Shown: positions 36,227-48,888 of the stretch, piece by piece
How the letters are laid out: each line of letters begins with the position of its first letter
Numbering within the stretch: position 1 is the stretch's first letter
Translations under genes and position numbers: made by a program
The notes under the pieces: model-generated
Told to the model about the DNA's origin: nothing
Database searches by the model: none
Seen by the model: only the letters and a program-made list of their open reading frames with translations
DNA from: Octopus sinensis
Taxonomy: Eukaryota
Direction of reading: 5' to 3'
NCBI RefSeq assembly: GCF_006345805.1
Contig: NC_043001.1
Span: 135,532,001-135,596,000, forward strand
Length of the DNA stretch: 64,000 nt

Positions 36227-38344
36227 AATATATATTACACAGTGTCCTTTTCTTTTAATAGTGAGGTGTGATTTGAGGGAAATTTGGTTGTTATTTCTAA
36301 TGTGTTGGTTAACCATATAGAATCCTACTTGTTATCTTGCAAGGGGATCCCTTATTAGCACCTACTGAGGCCCCCTCATTAGCACAGCATATATCATAGG
36401 GGCTTTAATCTCATAAGAGCAGATCAATTTTGACAGAACTTTAAAACTAAAAAGGTCAGCCAGTCTTCTAGTTTCCGAAAAATAAAGAAAATTTTCCATG
36501 ACATGTCTGAGACTTTGCAGTCCTCTTTGTTGAAAATGACATTAGATCTTGACCTAAACTTTCGACTGAAAAAGAGGGAGCAAACCAAAAAAAAAAGATC
36601 AGTCATAATGTCTCCAGCTTCTGATAAAGTTTACTGCCTTCCCTCTATCAAGATAAGAAAAATAACCTCCAGCAACCAAAGGGACCATGCTAGCAAGCCC
36701 AGAGAAATGTCAGACAATATACCCACAACATTTAAAGTCAACCTGTAGATCCTGTGAAATGAGGTTATCAAAGATGCCAATTGAAGGTTCATTATATCAG
36801 GGGCATATTTTGGTAATAACCTGCCTTTTAATTTATAGCTTTCATTTGTTTTTCACCACACCCACCTGGAGGGACACCAAATCTCATTGGAAGATTAATA
36901 GATTAATTTTCAAAAATGTCCTGCTTCCAGATGTTCTGTTTTATCAGAATGAAACTTTTTGAAAAGGTCAATGAGTGAGTTAAAATCTCAACTAGAATCA
37001 TAACTGTACTGTGTTTATTACTTTTATCTGCACAAAAACATGGTCAACACCCAAAATAATTGGCTTGACAAATACAATATTATGCGCCATTTCCTTCAGA
37101 ATGCCTGTCGTTTAAATAGTGAAGAATGAGGTAGCTGAGAGCAATTGGAGTGAATCAAGTTAAGTGGGTGGTGAGTCTGTGTCTCTCTCTCTCACTTTTA
37201 CATTGGTGTCATTTGAGAAGCTTTACCCAGTCTCTTACTTTTAATTTTAGGTGGAGCATTTAACACAAGTGCAGATGACTGATTTGATAGGACACAGGAC
37301 GATGGTGTGAGAATTTGGTGGTTCATATCCTACTGGATCCCATGACGACAAAAAGAAAAAATTGGTTCAGTCCACCCATGTCAAAATGATAATTCAAAGT
37401 AATAACTCTCTACTGCAAGCATTATAAAGTTTTGTCAGTTGGATTGATGAGTTCAATACTACAATAAACTGGTGTCTGATCCAGAGGAAGATTTGTCATC
37501 ACTCTTTCTTGTTACTCCATCCTCAATCATTCATTGTTGATATTCATTACTCTCTCTCTCTCCCTCTCTCACTTTCATTACTTTTTTCTATCCCTCCTTC
37601 TTCTTCCATCATGCCATATTTTTCTTTTCAATCAACCTTCATTGTATCTCTTACATTGTACTTGTCTTTGTCACCCTCACACATCAATCGCTCTTCCATT
37701 GGTCACCTTTCATTGGATGAATATCAACAACCCAAAGGGGAATTCTTAGATTTGCAAGAGACAAGGTAACATCTGTAGTGCTGGTGCTATGATAAAATGA
37801 ATTCAGTTATTCTGTATAAAGTGGTTGGTGCTAGACAGGGTATCTTGCAATAGAAACCAGGGTAAAAATGGAATGTACAAGTAAGACATGTTCCTCAGAT
37901 CTGTCTAGAGTGGTACTCTCAGTAAAAGCTGGTTTGGACTGTGATGATATTTTCAATGTATGCCAAGATGGAAAGTTGATGTAAAAAAGTTGAAGAGATG
38001 ATGATACTTAATGCTATGGAAATACCAGTTCAGTGAACCTCAGAGGTTTGTGAAAGGATACACATTAAAAACACAAAACAATAGGGAACATTGAAATACA
38101 TAATTGGTGATACATACACACGCAGGGGTTTAGTGAAACAAACAGGATAAATAGAACTCACTATACGAGTATATACACACACACACACACACACACAATA
38201 AGTAGAAAGTTACACAAGTGACTCAAGGGCCATATTTCATGCCTAGTTCTTATCAAAACTGATTAAGAGCCATGCACAAAACATTTTGTCCTTGAGTCTG
38301 GGAAATTGATTCTCTCAAATGCTCTGGTGACTCATTAGAGTTAG

Positions 38345-38799
38345 AAGATATTGTCTGCTACCTAGGGGACCAAGAGTGTAATAGCTAGAATAAGAATAGG
38401 ATGGAGGAAATTCAGAGAGCTGTTACCTCTGTTGGCTATGAAAAGTTTCTCTCAGTGAGTGAAATGAAAATTGTATGATGCATGTATACAGACAACAATT
38501 CTACATGGTACTGAGACATGGGCCCTGAATGCAGAGGACATGCAAATGTTAGAGAAGAATAAGGCTAGGTTGCTCTGATGGATGTGTAATCTAAGTGTGC
38601 ATATTCAACAGAGTGCTAGTATATTGAGAGAGAAGTTAGGCGCAGGAGTGGCTGTGTGATAAGTAGCTTGTTTACCAACCACATGGTTCCAGGTTCAGTC
38701 CCACTGCGTGGCACCTTGGGTAAGTGTCTTCTACTATAGCCTCGGGCCGACCAAAGCCTTGTGAGTGGATTTGGTAGACGGAAACTGAAAGAAGCCCGT

Positions 38800-38845
<46 letters not shown>

Positions 38846-39598
38846 TGTTTGTGTGTCTGTGTTTGTCCCCCAACATTGCTTGACAACCGATGCTGGTGTG
38901 TTTATGTCCCGGTTACTTAGCGGTTCAGCAAAAGAGACCGATAGAATAAGTACTGGGTTTACAAAAGAATAAGTCCTGGGGTCGAGTTGCTCGATTAAAG
39001 GTGGTGCTCCAGCATGGCCGCAGTCAAATGACTGAAACAAGTAAAAGAGTAAAAGAGAGAGAGTATAAGAAGAATTGGTTGCTGTGTGCAAGAGAAAAGA
39101 GTGCGCTGGTTTGGTCATGTGATGCAGATGGATGCCAACAGCTCCATAAAGAAGTACTGATCTCAGAAAGTAGATGCAACATGTGGAAGAGAGAATTCCA
39201 GGACAACTGAAGGACAGCCTCAGGACACTGAACCTTTCAAATGAGATGATGGACTGAGATACCTGGTACCTCTCTGTACTCAAGAAGACCTGTACTCCAC
39301 AGCAGAAGTGTTAAGGTTACTCCCTCTGGTGAAGAGGGATTGGCCTACAAGAGTCCTGTGCCAGTGCCACATAAAAAGCACTCATGCTGGTACTTTGAAA
39401 AAGCATTCATGCAGTGTCTCGTAGAAAGCACCCAGCACACTCTGTAAAGTGGTTGGCGTTAGGAAGGGTATCCAGCTGTAGAAACCATGCCACATGAGAC
39501 TGGTGCCTGGTGCAGCTCTCCAGCTTGCTAGCTCTGGTCAAACAGTCCAACCCATGCCAGCATGGACAATGGAATTAAATGACGATGAATGATGATAT
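38345..39598 (+). mobile_element. Old RTE 3' fragment split by a SINE
   Basis: Remnants ARIRIGWRKFRELLPLL, LYDACIQTTILHGTETWA and VRWFGHVMQMD. Interrupted at 38639-39057; (gat)n tail next to (TA)n. Confidence 0.8.
38639..39057 (+). mobile_element. SINE family B, full length
   Basis: Canonical head, internal (TA)n and tail. Confidence 0.92.
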
Positions 39599-39613
39599 AT
39601 ATATATATATGTA

Positions 39614-40695
39614 TATCATCATCATCATCATCATCATCATTTAGCGTCCGTTTTCCATGCTAGCATGGGTTGGACGGTTTAACTGGGGTCTGTGAAGCCG
39701 GAAGGCTTCATCAGGCCCAGTCAGATTTGGCAGTGTTTCTACAGCTGGATGCCCTTCCTAACGCCAACCACTCCTCGAGTGTAGTGGGTGTTTTTTACGT
39801 GCCACCTGCACAGGTGCCAGACAGAGCTGGCACAATGGCCACGAACGGATGGTGCTTTTACGTGTCACCGGCATGGGGCCAGCCGAGGCTGGCAACGAAC
39901 ACGAGCGGATGGTGCTTTTACGTGCCACCGACACAGGGCCAGACAGAGCTGGCAAACGGCCATGAACGGACGGTGCTTTTACGTGTCACTGGCACGGGGG
40001 CCAGCCGAGGCTGGCAACGAACACGAGCGGATGGTGCTTTTACGCGCCACCGACACAGGGCCAGACAGAGCTGGCAAACGGCCATGAACGGACGGTGCTT
40101 TTACGTGTCACTGGCACGGGGGCCAGCCGAGGCTGGCAACGAACACGAACGGATGGTGCTTTTACGTGCCACCGACACGGGGCCAGACAGAACTGGCAAA
40201 CGGCCACGAACGGACGGTGCTTTTACGTGTCACCGGCACGGGGGCCAGCCGAGGCTGGCAACGAACACGAGCGGATGGTGCTTTTACGTGCCACTGACAC
40301 GGGGTCAGACAGAGCTGGCAAACGGCCACGAACGGACGGTGCTTTTATGTGTCACCGGCACGGGGGCCAGCCGAGGCTGGCAACGAACACGTACGGATGG
40401 TGCTTTTACGTGCCACCGACACGGGGGCCAGACAGAGCTGGCAAACGGCCACGAGCGAATGGTGCTTTTACGTATCACCGACACGGGTGCCAGACGAGGC
40501 TGGCAGCGGACACGGATATATGATTTGATTTTGATTGTTCTCACTGGTCTTGCCGGGTCTTCTCACGCACAGCATACTTCCACAGGTCTCGGTCTCTGGT
40601 CATTTCCTTGGTGAGACCTAGAGTTCGAAGGTCGTGCTTCACCACCTCGACCCAGGTTTTCCTGGGTCTACCTCTTCCACAGGTCCCCTCAACTG
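39614..40695 (-). mobile_element. 5'-truncated RTE with a 12-unit 61-bp array
   Basis: gga(t/c)ggtgcttttacgtg recurs at 39847, 39907, 39968, 40029, 40090, 40151, 40212, 40273, 40334, 40395 and ~40457. ORF C-terminus at 40540-40695. Confidence 0.92.
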
Positions 40696-40699
40696 AAAA

Positions 40700-41015
40700 G
40701 GAGCACTCTGTTGGTTATGACGATGAGGGTCCAAGCTGATACGATCAATGGAACAGCTTGCTTGTGAAATTAACGTGCAAGTGGTTGAGCACTCCACAGA
40801 CATGTGTACCCTTAATGTAGTTCTCAGGGAGATTCAGCGTGACACAGAGTGACATGGCTGGCCCTTTGAAATACAGGTACAACTCATTTTTGCCAGCTGA
40901 GTGGACTGGAGCAACGTGAAATAAAGTGTCTTGCTCAAAGACAGAACACGTCGCTGGGAACTGAACTCATGACCTTACGATTGTGAGTTGAATACCCTAA
41001 CCACCAAGCCACGCA
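40700..41015 (-). mobile_element. SINE with family F head and family C tail
   Basis: Same architecture as 18472-18790. Confidence 0.8.
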
Positions 41016-41121
41016 ACATCGCACACACACATATATATATATATAAATAGAAAAATTATTATTTCTAAATCTCTCAAGGAGACATTCAGTAACAGTACTC
41101 TAAAGTAAATTATTTGTAAAC

Positions 41122-41350
41122 ATAATGTGGCAGTCCCATTTGGGACGAATGTTACTGTTATTTAACCCCGGGAAACATCATCTCCAGCTGGCTATACAAG
41201 ATACAATCTGTGTCCTTATATTTTCAAACAGGGGAGTTTAGCACCCCCCACTCAGCACAGAGCAATATCTGTGGACTGTAGTTTCTGGGTTATTTCCACC
41301 TCAGCACTGCTCGACTGAAATGGTGCTGCTAAATTCCCGTTTAAAAATAT
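41122..41350 (+). mobile_element. Unclassified palindromic repeat, left arm of an inverted pair
   Basis: 41122-41292 is the reverse complement of 42099-42269. Has an internal imperfect IR (atattttcaaacaggggagtttagcac / gtgctgctaaattcccgtttaaaaatat). Confidence 0.8.
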
Positions 41351-42098
41351 ATATAATTTTCAAAGTAACACAGAATCACTGATCTAATAAATAGAAAAAA
41401 ATATTATTTCTAAATCTTTCAACAAGAGACATTCAGTAACAGTATTTATTTATTTATTTATTGTAAGAAATACAATCATGTATTCAGAAACCCCATACAT
41501 GCATAAATTAGTACAATGCCATTGATGAAGTAGCAATGAGACTTAGTAATTGGTTCTTCTTGGCTCTTTTATGTGGGTTGCGCAGTTTAGTTATTTTCCC
41601 TGTTTACTCTCTGCTGCTGTTGAGAAGTTAGCTATAAGACAGATGCATTGTGTTTTATTAGGTCTTTTGAATAGGTTGTATCATTTAATTGTCTCCCTTG
41701 TTCACCCTTCCTTGCTTTTGATAATAAAATGGAGTCATCCTTCATCTCTAGCTAATCTTCTTCCTCTTCCCTCAACAGATAATTACTGATGGGAAACAAA
41801 GGTCACCAAATTGTAGGGAGATGTGAATGAAGGGGACCACAGAGGAAATTTGAATGGAAGTTTAGCGGCTTGAAGTGGAAGGGTTTTTATTTGTTTTTGT
41901 GTTTTTCCAGTCTACAAGGGGTTGTTAGTTATGTGTATGTGTGTGTACATTAACAAGGACTGTCAGTTTTATGAATGAAGTTGTATCTAGTAGCTTTTGT
42001 TGTTTTCTATAGTACAAAGTATTTCATGAATGACTTTCCTTGGTGTCTATGGTAAATAAAGAAACAGTACATATACTCTTTTACTCATTTCAAGACAT

Positions 42099-42269
42099 TA
42101 ACCCAGAAACTACAGTCCACAGATATTGCTCTGTGCTGAGTGGGGGGTGCTAAACTCCCCTGTTTGAAAATATACGGACACAAATTGTATCTTGTATAGC
42201 CAGTTGGAGATGATGTTTCCTGGGGTTAAATAACAGTAACATTCGTCCCAAACGGGACTGCCGCATTAT
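42099..42269 (-). mobile_element. Same family, right arm of the inverted pair
   Basis: About six substitutions versus the left arm by manual count. Confidence 0.8.
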
Positions 42270-43060
42270 GAAATGTGTGTGTAAGACCAACCACATTCCA
42301 ATGTGGTTGGTCTTACACACACACACACGAAACTATTCATGTATATCTGTATGAATTTTTTCACAATTATGAGATCTCCAGTTTGGTTCCATTGTGTGGA
42401 ATCTTGGGCAAGTATTTTTTTTTTGGTAAGGCAAGAATCAACCAATCACTTGTCAGTAAAACTGGGTGTATGGAAACTGTGTGGAAGCCTGCTGAATAAA
42501 CTGTACCTGTATTCCAAACAATTCAATGGATTGAAAACCTGGAATGACTCAGCAGTGCAACAAACACGGAATCAAATTGACTTGTTACATATTGTGCATG
42601 TGTGCTAGCATTTATGTCTGTGGGTTAGCATTTATATGTATGTGTGTGTGTGTTGGTACATATATATGTTAGCATGTATATGCATATGTGTGTTAGAACA
42701 TATGTGTGGATGAATAAGTTAGTTAAGTTAAGTTAATTTTTTGGCTCAAAAAGCAAAAAGCAAGGCCATGTAGAGGGACATGGAGTTATGTACAGGGAGG
42801 GTGTTCATGCAAAGAGTTCAGGCCATTTCTGGTCAAGAGAGACTTTGGTCATGCTCCGTGGCATGACACTTTGGATAAGTGTGTCTTCTACTATAGCCCT
42901 GAATCAACCAAAGTGTAGTGAGTGGATTTGAAAACTGAAAGAAGCCTCTGTGTATGTGTACGTGTGTATGCGTTTATTATTCTTGAACAAGAATAGTACT
43001 GACAATGACTTTGAAGTTTCAGCCAGCCAAGCCATTATCGGATCATCTGATGGTGGCAGA

Positions 43061-43106
<46 letters not shown>

Positions 43107-43142
43107 TACATATGTATATATATGTGTGTATATATATATATA

Positions 43143-43677
43143 AGCACAACCTTTGAACATTGGACCTCACAGAGGCAATGACAAGCGACCGAGACCTCTG
43201 GAGATATGCTGTGACTGAGAAGACCCGATGAGCAAAGTTGATTGGAGCGGTGGCCAATACCAGTGTCGCATAACCAGTCCGTTTAAAAGTACCCTTGAGA
43301 CACCTGTTTTGTAGTCATGGCCGATGCCAGTGCCACCCGACTGGCTCCCCATGCCAGTGTCATGTAAAAAGCACCATCTGAATGTGGTCGATGCCAGTGC
43401 TCCTGGTGGCTCCCATGCTGGTGGCATGTAAAATGCACCATCCAAATGTGGTCGATGGTAGTGCTGCCTGACTGGCTCCCATGCTGGTGGCATGTAAAAA
43501 GCACCTACTACACTTTCGGAGTGGTTGGCATTAGGAAGGGCAATCCAGCTGTAGAAACCTTATCAGATCATATTGGAACCTGGTGCAGCCTACTCGCTTG
43601 CCAGTCCTCAGTCAAATCATCCGAATCATGCCAGCATGGAAAACAGACGTTCAACAATGATGATGATGATGATGATG
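43143..43677 (+). mobile_element. 5'-truncated RTE
   Basis: NL*TLDLTEAMTSDRDLWRYAVTEKTR followed by UTR units and a (gat)n tail. Confidence 0.88.
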
Positions 43678-43689
43678 TATTTATGCGTG

Positions 43690-43932
43690 CGTACGTGTAT
43701 TTATGTGTGTGAGTTTGTACCCTTGTCTAGACATCATATAATGGTTATAAATGAGCATCATCATACAAACAAGGCTGTTCATTTCCAGTCCTCTGTGAAA
43801 AAAAATATCTATCAGAAAATAACGTCTTGATGGGAAACAGGTGAGGGTTGACAACAGGAAGGGCATCTGGCAGTAGAAAAATCTGCATCAACAAATTTCA
43901 TCTGATCCATGATGATGACAATGATGATGATA
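43690..43932 (+). mobile_element. SINE family G, 3' half
   Basis: Homologous to 29254-29530 and 56150-56395. Confidence 0.7.
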
Positions 43933-43940
43933 ATATGGAA

Positions 43941-44332
43941 TATATAAAAGTGAAGTTGTGTGTCTGTCTCCTACGATTTAGATTCCTAACTACTCCCACA
44001 TTTTGCGGTGCAGTTTAACCAAAACCGGGTATCTTATAGTCGTGATTCATATCAAGTCCTTCTGGGTAGTAGCGCACGTCTACGATGAGTCTATGATTTA
44101 AAAAAAAGTTTACCATCATTTTTTCCATTTTAATGCATTTTTTCGCTATTATATAAGGGAAGTAACTCTGTAAAAATGTCTACGATGAGTCAACGATTTA
44201 AAAAAAAATTTACCATCATTTTTTCCCCATTTTTTATGCATTTTTTTTGCTATTTTTTGGCTATAACTCTCTAAAAATGCTTATATAGTTATTTCCCTTA
44301 CAATCCCGAGCAACACCGGGCGATACTGCTAG
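43941..44332 (+). mobile_element. Non-autonomous Helitron, second subfamily
   Basis: tatataaaagtgaagttgtg 5' motif, hairpin cccgagcaacaccggg, then gatactgCTAG|T. Internal ~95-bp duplication. Confidence 0.78.
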
Positions 44333-44492
44333 TATGGAATATATATGTAATATGTATAGTACTTGCCAAAACAAATAAACATCACGAACACTGGGAACCA
44401 TTAAGTAATTTTCATACACATGGCTATGATGATGATGATGATGTAAATGATGTTCATGATAATAATGATGATGAAGGTGATGCTGGTGGTAA

Positions 44493-44812
44493 TCATCATC
44501 ATCGTCATCGTCATCATCGTTTAACGTCCGTTCTCCATGCTAGCATGGGTTGGACGGTTTGACCGGGGATCTGGGAAGCCAGAAGGCTGCACCAGGCTCC
44601 GGTCTTATCTGGCAATGTTTCTACAGCTGGATGCCCTTCCTAACCCCAACCACTCCGAAAGTGTAGTGGGTGCTTTTTACGTGCCACCTGCACTGGTGCC
44701 AAGCGAGGCTGGCATCGGCCACGGTCGGATTGGTGCATTTTACGTGCCACCTGCACGGAAGCCAGTTGAGGCGGCACTGGCTTCGGCCACAATTCGGATG
44801 GTGCTTTTTACG
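44493..44812 (-). mobile_element. 5'-truncated RTE, same subfamily as 16728-17495
   Basis: Near-identical tail and spacer sequences, with fewer units. Confidence 0.88.
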
Positions 44813-45619
44813 TAGAAATAACGATGATAGTGATGACCACCAAGGATGAAGATGGTCGTGATTGAGATGCAAATAAAAAGCAATTTCTTTTAATTGATTT
44901 ACAATATTTACTTAATTCATTATTTAATTACCATACATCAAATAACACCAGTTGTTTATTCTTCCCTCCCCAAGTCAGTTTTGATCAAGTAAATCCATAA
45001 TCGTAGACATTCTAACCAGTACCATTCCAATTTTTTAGCCTATCCTGTGTATCATTCCAAGTTTAAGACACCAGGAAGTGGCATGGCCAAAATTTGGCTG
45101 CTATTTTTAGTAGACTGATCAATCACTTCGAGCCTCTCTAGTTATTTCTATAAACATAACTGGGTGCAAAGAGGGATGAAGAGAACTCAGAGGAAAGGAA
45201 TCTCTGCCACCCCCCCATCTCCACTGATCCTCCGTTCCCTACCCAGTCAATCAGTCAACCAACTGCCTGGTAAACTACCCCTACGTTCTATCACACACAC
45301 ACAAATACACAAACACGCATGCACACATACACAGATGTACGCCAAGAAAATTACACAACATCTACACTTCCCCCCCTCTGCACCCCACCCCCCACCCCGA
45401 TTCTGTAAAGTGATACTCCTTTATACAATTGAGTTAATAACCAGCATGAATGACATTTGAACTTTTAATAGGGGGGAGGGAGGAAAAATGTGGGGGTGGG
45501 GAACGGGTAGAGGTGAAGGGAGAGAAGGGTTTTGTGAGATGGGGCCCTTTAATGTTGTTCAGTCAGTGTGCTATATACATAAAGAGGGGAGAAGGGGTCT
45601 GCAAGATCAGACAGACAGA

Positions 45620-45694
45620 AATATGTGTGTGCATGTGCATGTATGCGTGTGTGCATGTGTGTGTGTGTGTGCATGTGTGTGTGTGTGCATGTAT

Positions 45695-45725
<31 letters not shown>

Positions 45726-45910
45726 CATGCGGCTACAACACACAGGAAACTAAATTCACTTTTATTAATCCTGTGATTTTGTTCAAGTGTGCTTTTTGTT
45801 TCTTTTTCTTCCACAGCTCAAGCACACTTGCTCACACTTCATGTCAGACTATATGTCACTTGTAGCTTGTGTGTGTGTGTGTGTGTGTGTTGTGTGTGTG
45901 TGTGTGTACG
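45620..45910. repeat. (GT)n-rich microsatellites
   Basis: Seen directly at 45625-45730 and 45870-45906. Confidence 0.85.
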
Positions 45911-46210
45911 CATTGATGGCTGGCTAAATGGTTAACAAGTTTTGCATCACAATCATCATAAGATGGTGAATTTGATCCCATTTGGCAATACCTTGGGCAA
46001 GTATCTCTAACCATAACTTTCACTTGACTCAAACCTCAGGAATGAAACTGAACAGAAGAAATCTGTATGGAAACACAAATGACCGATCATAACATTTTAG
46101 TCACCTACAGTTTCACCTGAATTAAGTTTGAGGGTTACATTGATGGTGCAATGTTTTCAGGCAAGATTAATTTTTCTTAACGATTTAAAATTTTTTATAA
46201 ATCTGTTATA

Positions 46211-46636
46211 GGCATAGGAGTGGCTGTGTGGTAAGTAGCTTGCTCACCAACCACATGGTTCCAGGTTCAGTCCCACTGCGTGGCACCTTGGGCAAGTGTC
46301 TTCTACTATAGCTTTGGACTGACCAAAGCCTTGTGAGTGGATTTGGTAGATGGAAACTGAAAGAAGCACATCGTATATCTGAATATATATATGTATATAT
46401 ATGTGCGTGTGTGTGTGTGGTGTGTGTGTGTGTGTCTGTGTCTGTCCCCCCAACATCGCTTGACAACCGATGCTGGTGTGTTTAGGTCTCCATAACTTAG
46501 CGGTTCAGCAAAAGAGACCGACAGAATAAGTACTAGGCTTACAAAGAATAAGTCCTGGGGTCAATTTGCTCGACTAAAGGCGGAGCTCCAGCATGGCCGC
46601 AGTCAAATGACTGAAACAAATAAAAGTAAAAGAGTA
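46211..46636 (+). mobile_element. SINE family B, full length
   Basis: Canonical head, microsatellite and tail. Confidence 0.9.
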
Positions 46637-46637
46637 A

Positions 46638-47258
46638 CCCTTTAGCATTTAAACCAGCCATATCTGGCCAAAATATTCTGCCATGTTTTACAGTCAAACT
46701 GGCCAGATCCAGTATCCCAAATCTACTCTACATGGATGGAAGCACTCCGTCGGTTACGACGACGAGGGTTCCGGTTGATCTGAATCAACAGAACAGCCTG
46801 CTCGTGAAATTAACGTGTAAGTGGCTGAGCACTCCACAGACACGTGTACCCTTAACGTAGTTCTCGGGGATATTCAGCGTGACACAGAGAGTGACAAGGC
46901 CGGCCCTTTGAAATACAGGTACAACAGAAACAGGAAGTAAGAGTGAGATAAAGTTGTGGTGAAAGAGTACAGCAGGGATCACCACCATCCCCTGCCGGAG
47001 CCTCGTGGAACTTTTAGGTGTTTTCGCTCAATAAACACTCACAACGCCCGGTCTGGGAATCGAAACCGCGATCCTATGACCGCGAGTCCGCTGCCCTAAC
47101 CACTGGGCCATTGCGCCTCCACTCCACTCTACAATAAACTCTAACAATAAACAGTCATATCATTGAAATTTTGAAGCTACAAGATAATGCATGATTGATT
47201 CAAAACAATGTGAATAAACAAGCAGAACATTTAACAGAATAATCTGAATGCTAAAGGG
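46638..47258. mobile_element. P2 MITE containing a nested family C SINE (46733-47120, minus)
   Basis: MITE ends ccctttagc / gctaaaggg. SINE flanked by actctaca at 46725-46732 and 47126-47133. Confidence 0.85.
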
Positions 47259-47348
47259 TTAGTGTTATGTTATAGATTGTGATATATGCAATACTACTTC
47301 AATATAAAGCTAATGATTTTATGTAAGTAGTGCTGGATTAACTATTAA

Positions 47349-47897
47349 CCCTTTCATTACTAACCTGGTTGAAACCGGTGAGCAAGCTACTGGCTCAGTA
47401 GTACAAAGGTCTTGTTTTCATAAGTTTTGAATTAAAATCTTCCACCAAACCTTAGTCACAATTTATGTTCCTAACACTAGCTTAATGATAACTAAGTTAT
47501 TTCACTAAATTCTTTGTTGTATTTAAAGTAATTGAAAGAAACACAGAGCATCTCAAAATATATAAAGTAACGAAAGGGTTAAAGACAGTCAGTCAAATGT
47601 GTCTTCAATTTGCACAAGATTTGACTGCTATTTCTAACAAGTCAAACAACTATGTGAAACAAAATCTGCAAATAAACCCTTTCATTACTAACCTGGCTGA
47701 AACCGGCTCTGGCTCTGTAGCACAAATGTCTTGTTTTCGTAAGTTTTGAATTAAAATCTTCCACCAAACCTTAGTCACAATTTATGTTCCTAACACCAGC
47801 TGAATGATAACTAAGTTATTTTACTAAATTCTTTGTTGTATTTAAAGTGATTGAAAGAAACACAGAGCATCTCAAAATATATAAAGTAACGAAAGGG
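47349..47897. mobile_element. Two P1 MITE copies (47349-47578, 47677-47897)
   Basis: CCCTTTCATTAC...GTAACGAAAGGG termini with TTAA flanks; one flank is mutated to TAAA. Confidence 0.88.
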
Positions 47898-47990
47898 TTA
47901 AGCAAAATAAGCATGTGCTTTGAGCAATCAAAGGAAGGCGGGCGCCTTAGGAATGATAAATAGTTTATAGCACAAAAGAAATCACTTTAA

Positions 47991-48123
47991 CCCTTTAGTG
48001 TTTAAACCAGCCATATCCGGCCTAAATATTCTACATGTCTTATATTCAAATGGGCTATATCTAGCCTCTCGCACTTAACTTACATTGACACTTTAAAAAT
48101 AAACAATCACATCATTGAAAGGG
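47991..48123. mobile_element. Short P2 MITE with internal deletion
   Basis: TTAA-ccctttag...aaaggg-TTAA, 133 bp. Confidence 0.8.
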
Positions 48124-48344
48124 TTAAACTTGCTAAAATAATAAATGGTTTATATGATTGGAAATATAATTTCAAAATGTTCGTGGTGTCATAGTGAGGA
48201 TCTGATCAAGGACTTTGCAATTGAAAAAAAGTTCGAGAAAATGCTTCAAGTAATAAATAAAGTGGAAGTATACAAAAATAAATATTATTTTTCATCTTAC
48301 TGTTAATAATCATTTTGGAAAATAAAAATCTATTTTATGTTTTG

Positions 48345-48888
48345 ATGCCAGTGCTGGTGCCACATAAAAAAGGACTGGTGCTGATGCCACTTAAAAAGCA
48401 CCTAGTACATTTTGAGGAGAGTTGACATTTGGAAGGGCATCTAGCCATAGAAACCATGCCAGAACAGACAATGGAGTCTGGTGTGGCCCTTGGCCTTACC
48501 AGCTCTGGTCAAACTGTCCAACTCATGCCAGCATGGAAAATGAATATTAAATAATGATGGATGATGATGTTTATTATTGTTTATATTTCGAATTACATCC
48601 GTTCGTGGATGCCAGCGCCGCCTTGGCTGGCTTCCGTGCCGGTGGCACGTTAAAAGCTCCAACTGATCGTGGCCGATGCCAGACCCCACTGGCACCTGTG
48701 CAGGTGGCACGTAAAAAGCACCCACTACACTCGCGGAGTGGTTGGCATTAGGAAGGGCATCCAGCTGTAGAAACTCTGCCAGATCAGACTGGATCCTGGT
48801 GCAGCCCCTGGCTTCCCAGGCACCGGTTGAACCGTCCAACCCGTGCTAGCGCGGAAAACGGATGCTAAATGATGATGATGATGATGAT
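48345..48888 (+). mobile_element. Two tandem RTE 3' tails (old 48345-48570, younger 48598-48888)
   Basis: Each ends in (gat)n after the ggaagggcatc motif. Confidence 0.82.

Noticed and set aside
36503-36962. Two short ORFs in unique sequence
   Set aside because: No known motif, no splice context, and lengths expected by chance.
37251-37304. 54-nt in-frame micro-exon after ttttAG
   Set aside because: The donor GTGTGA is weak and the peptide is unrecognised.
39786-40515. CRISPR array
   Set aside because: Spacers are two alternating related types, there are no cas genes, the host is eukaryotic, and the array lies within an RTE 3' UTR. The same applies to 16850-17330 and 30420-30797.
39670-40614. 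314-aa ORF (also 16718-17456 and 30310-30868)
   Set aside because: Antisense or off-frame readings of RTE UTR arrays.
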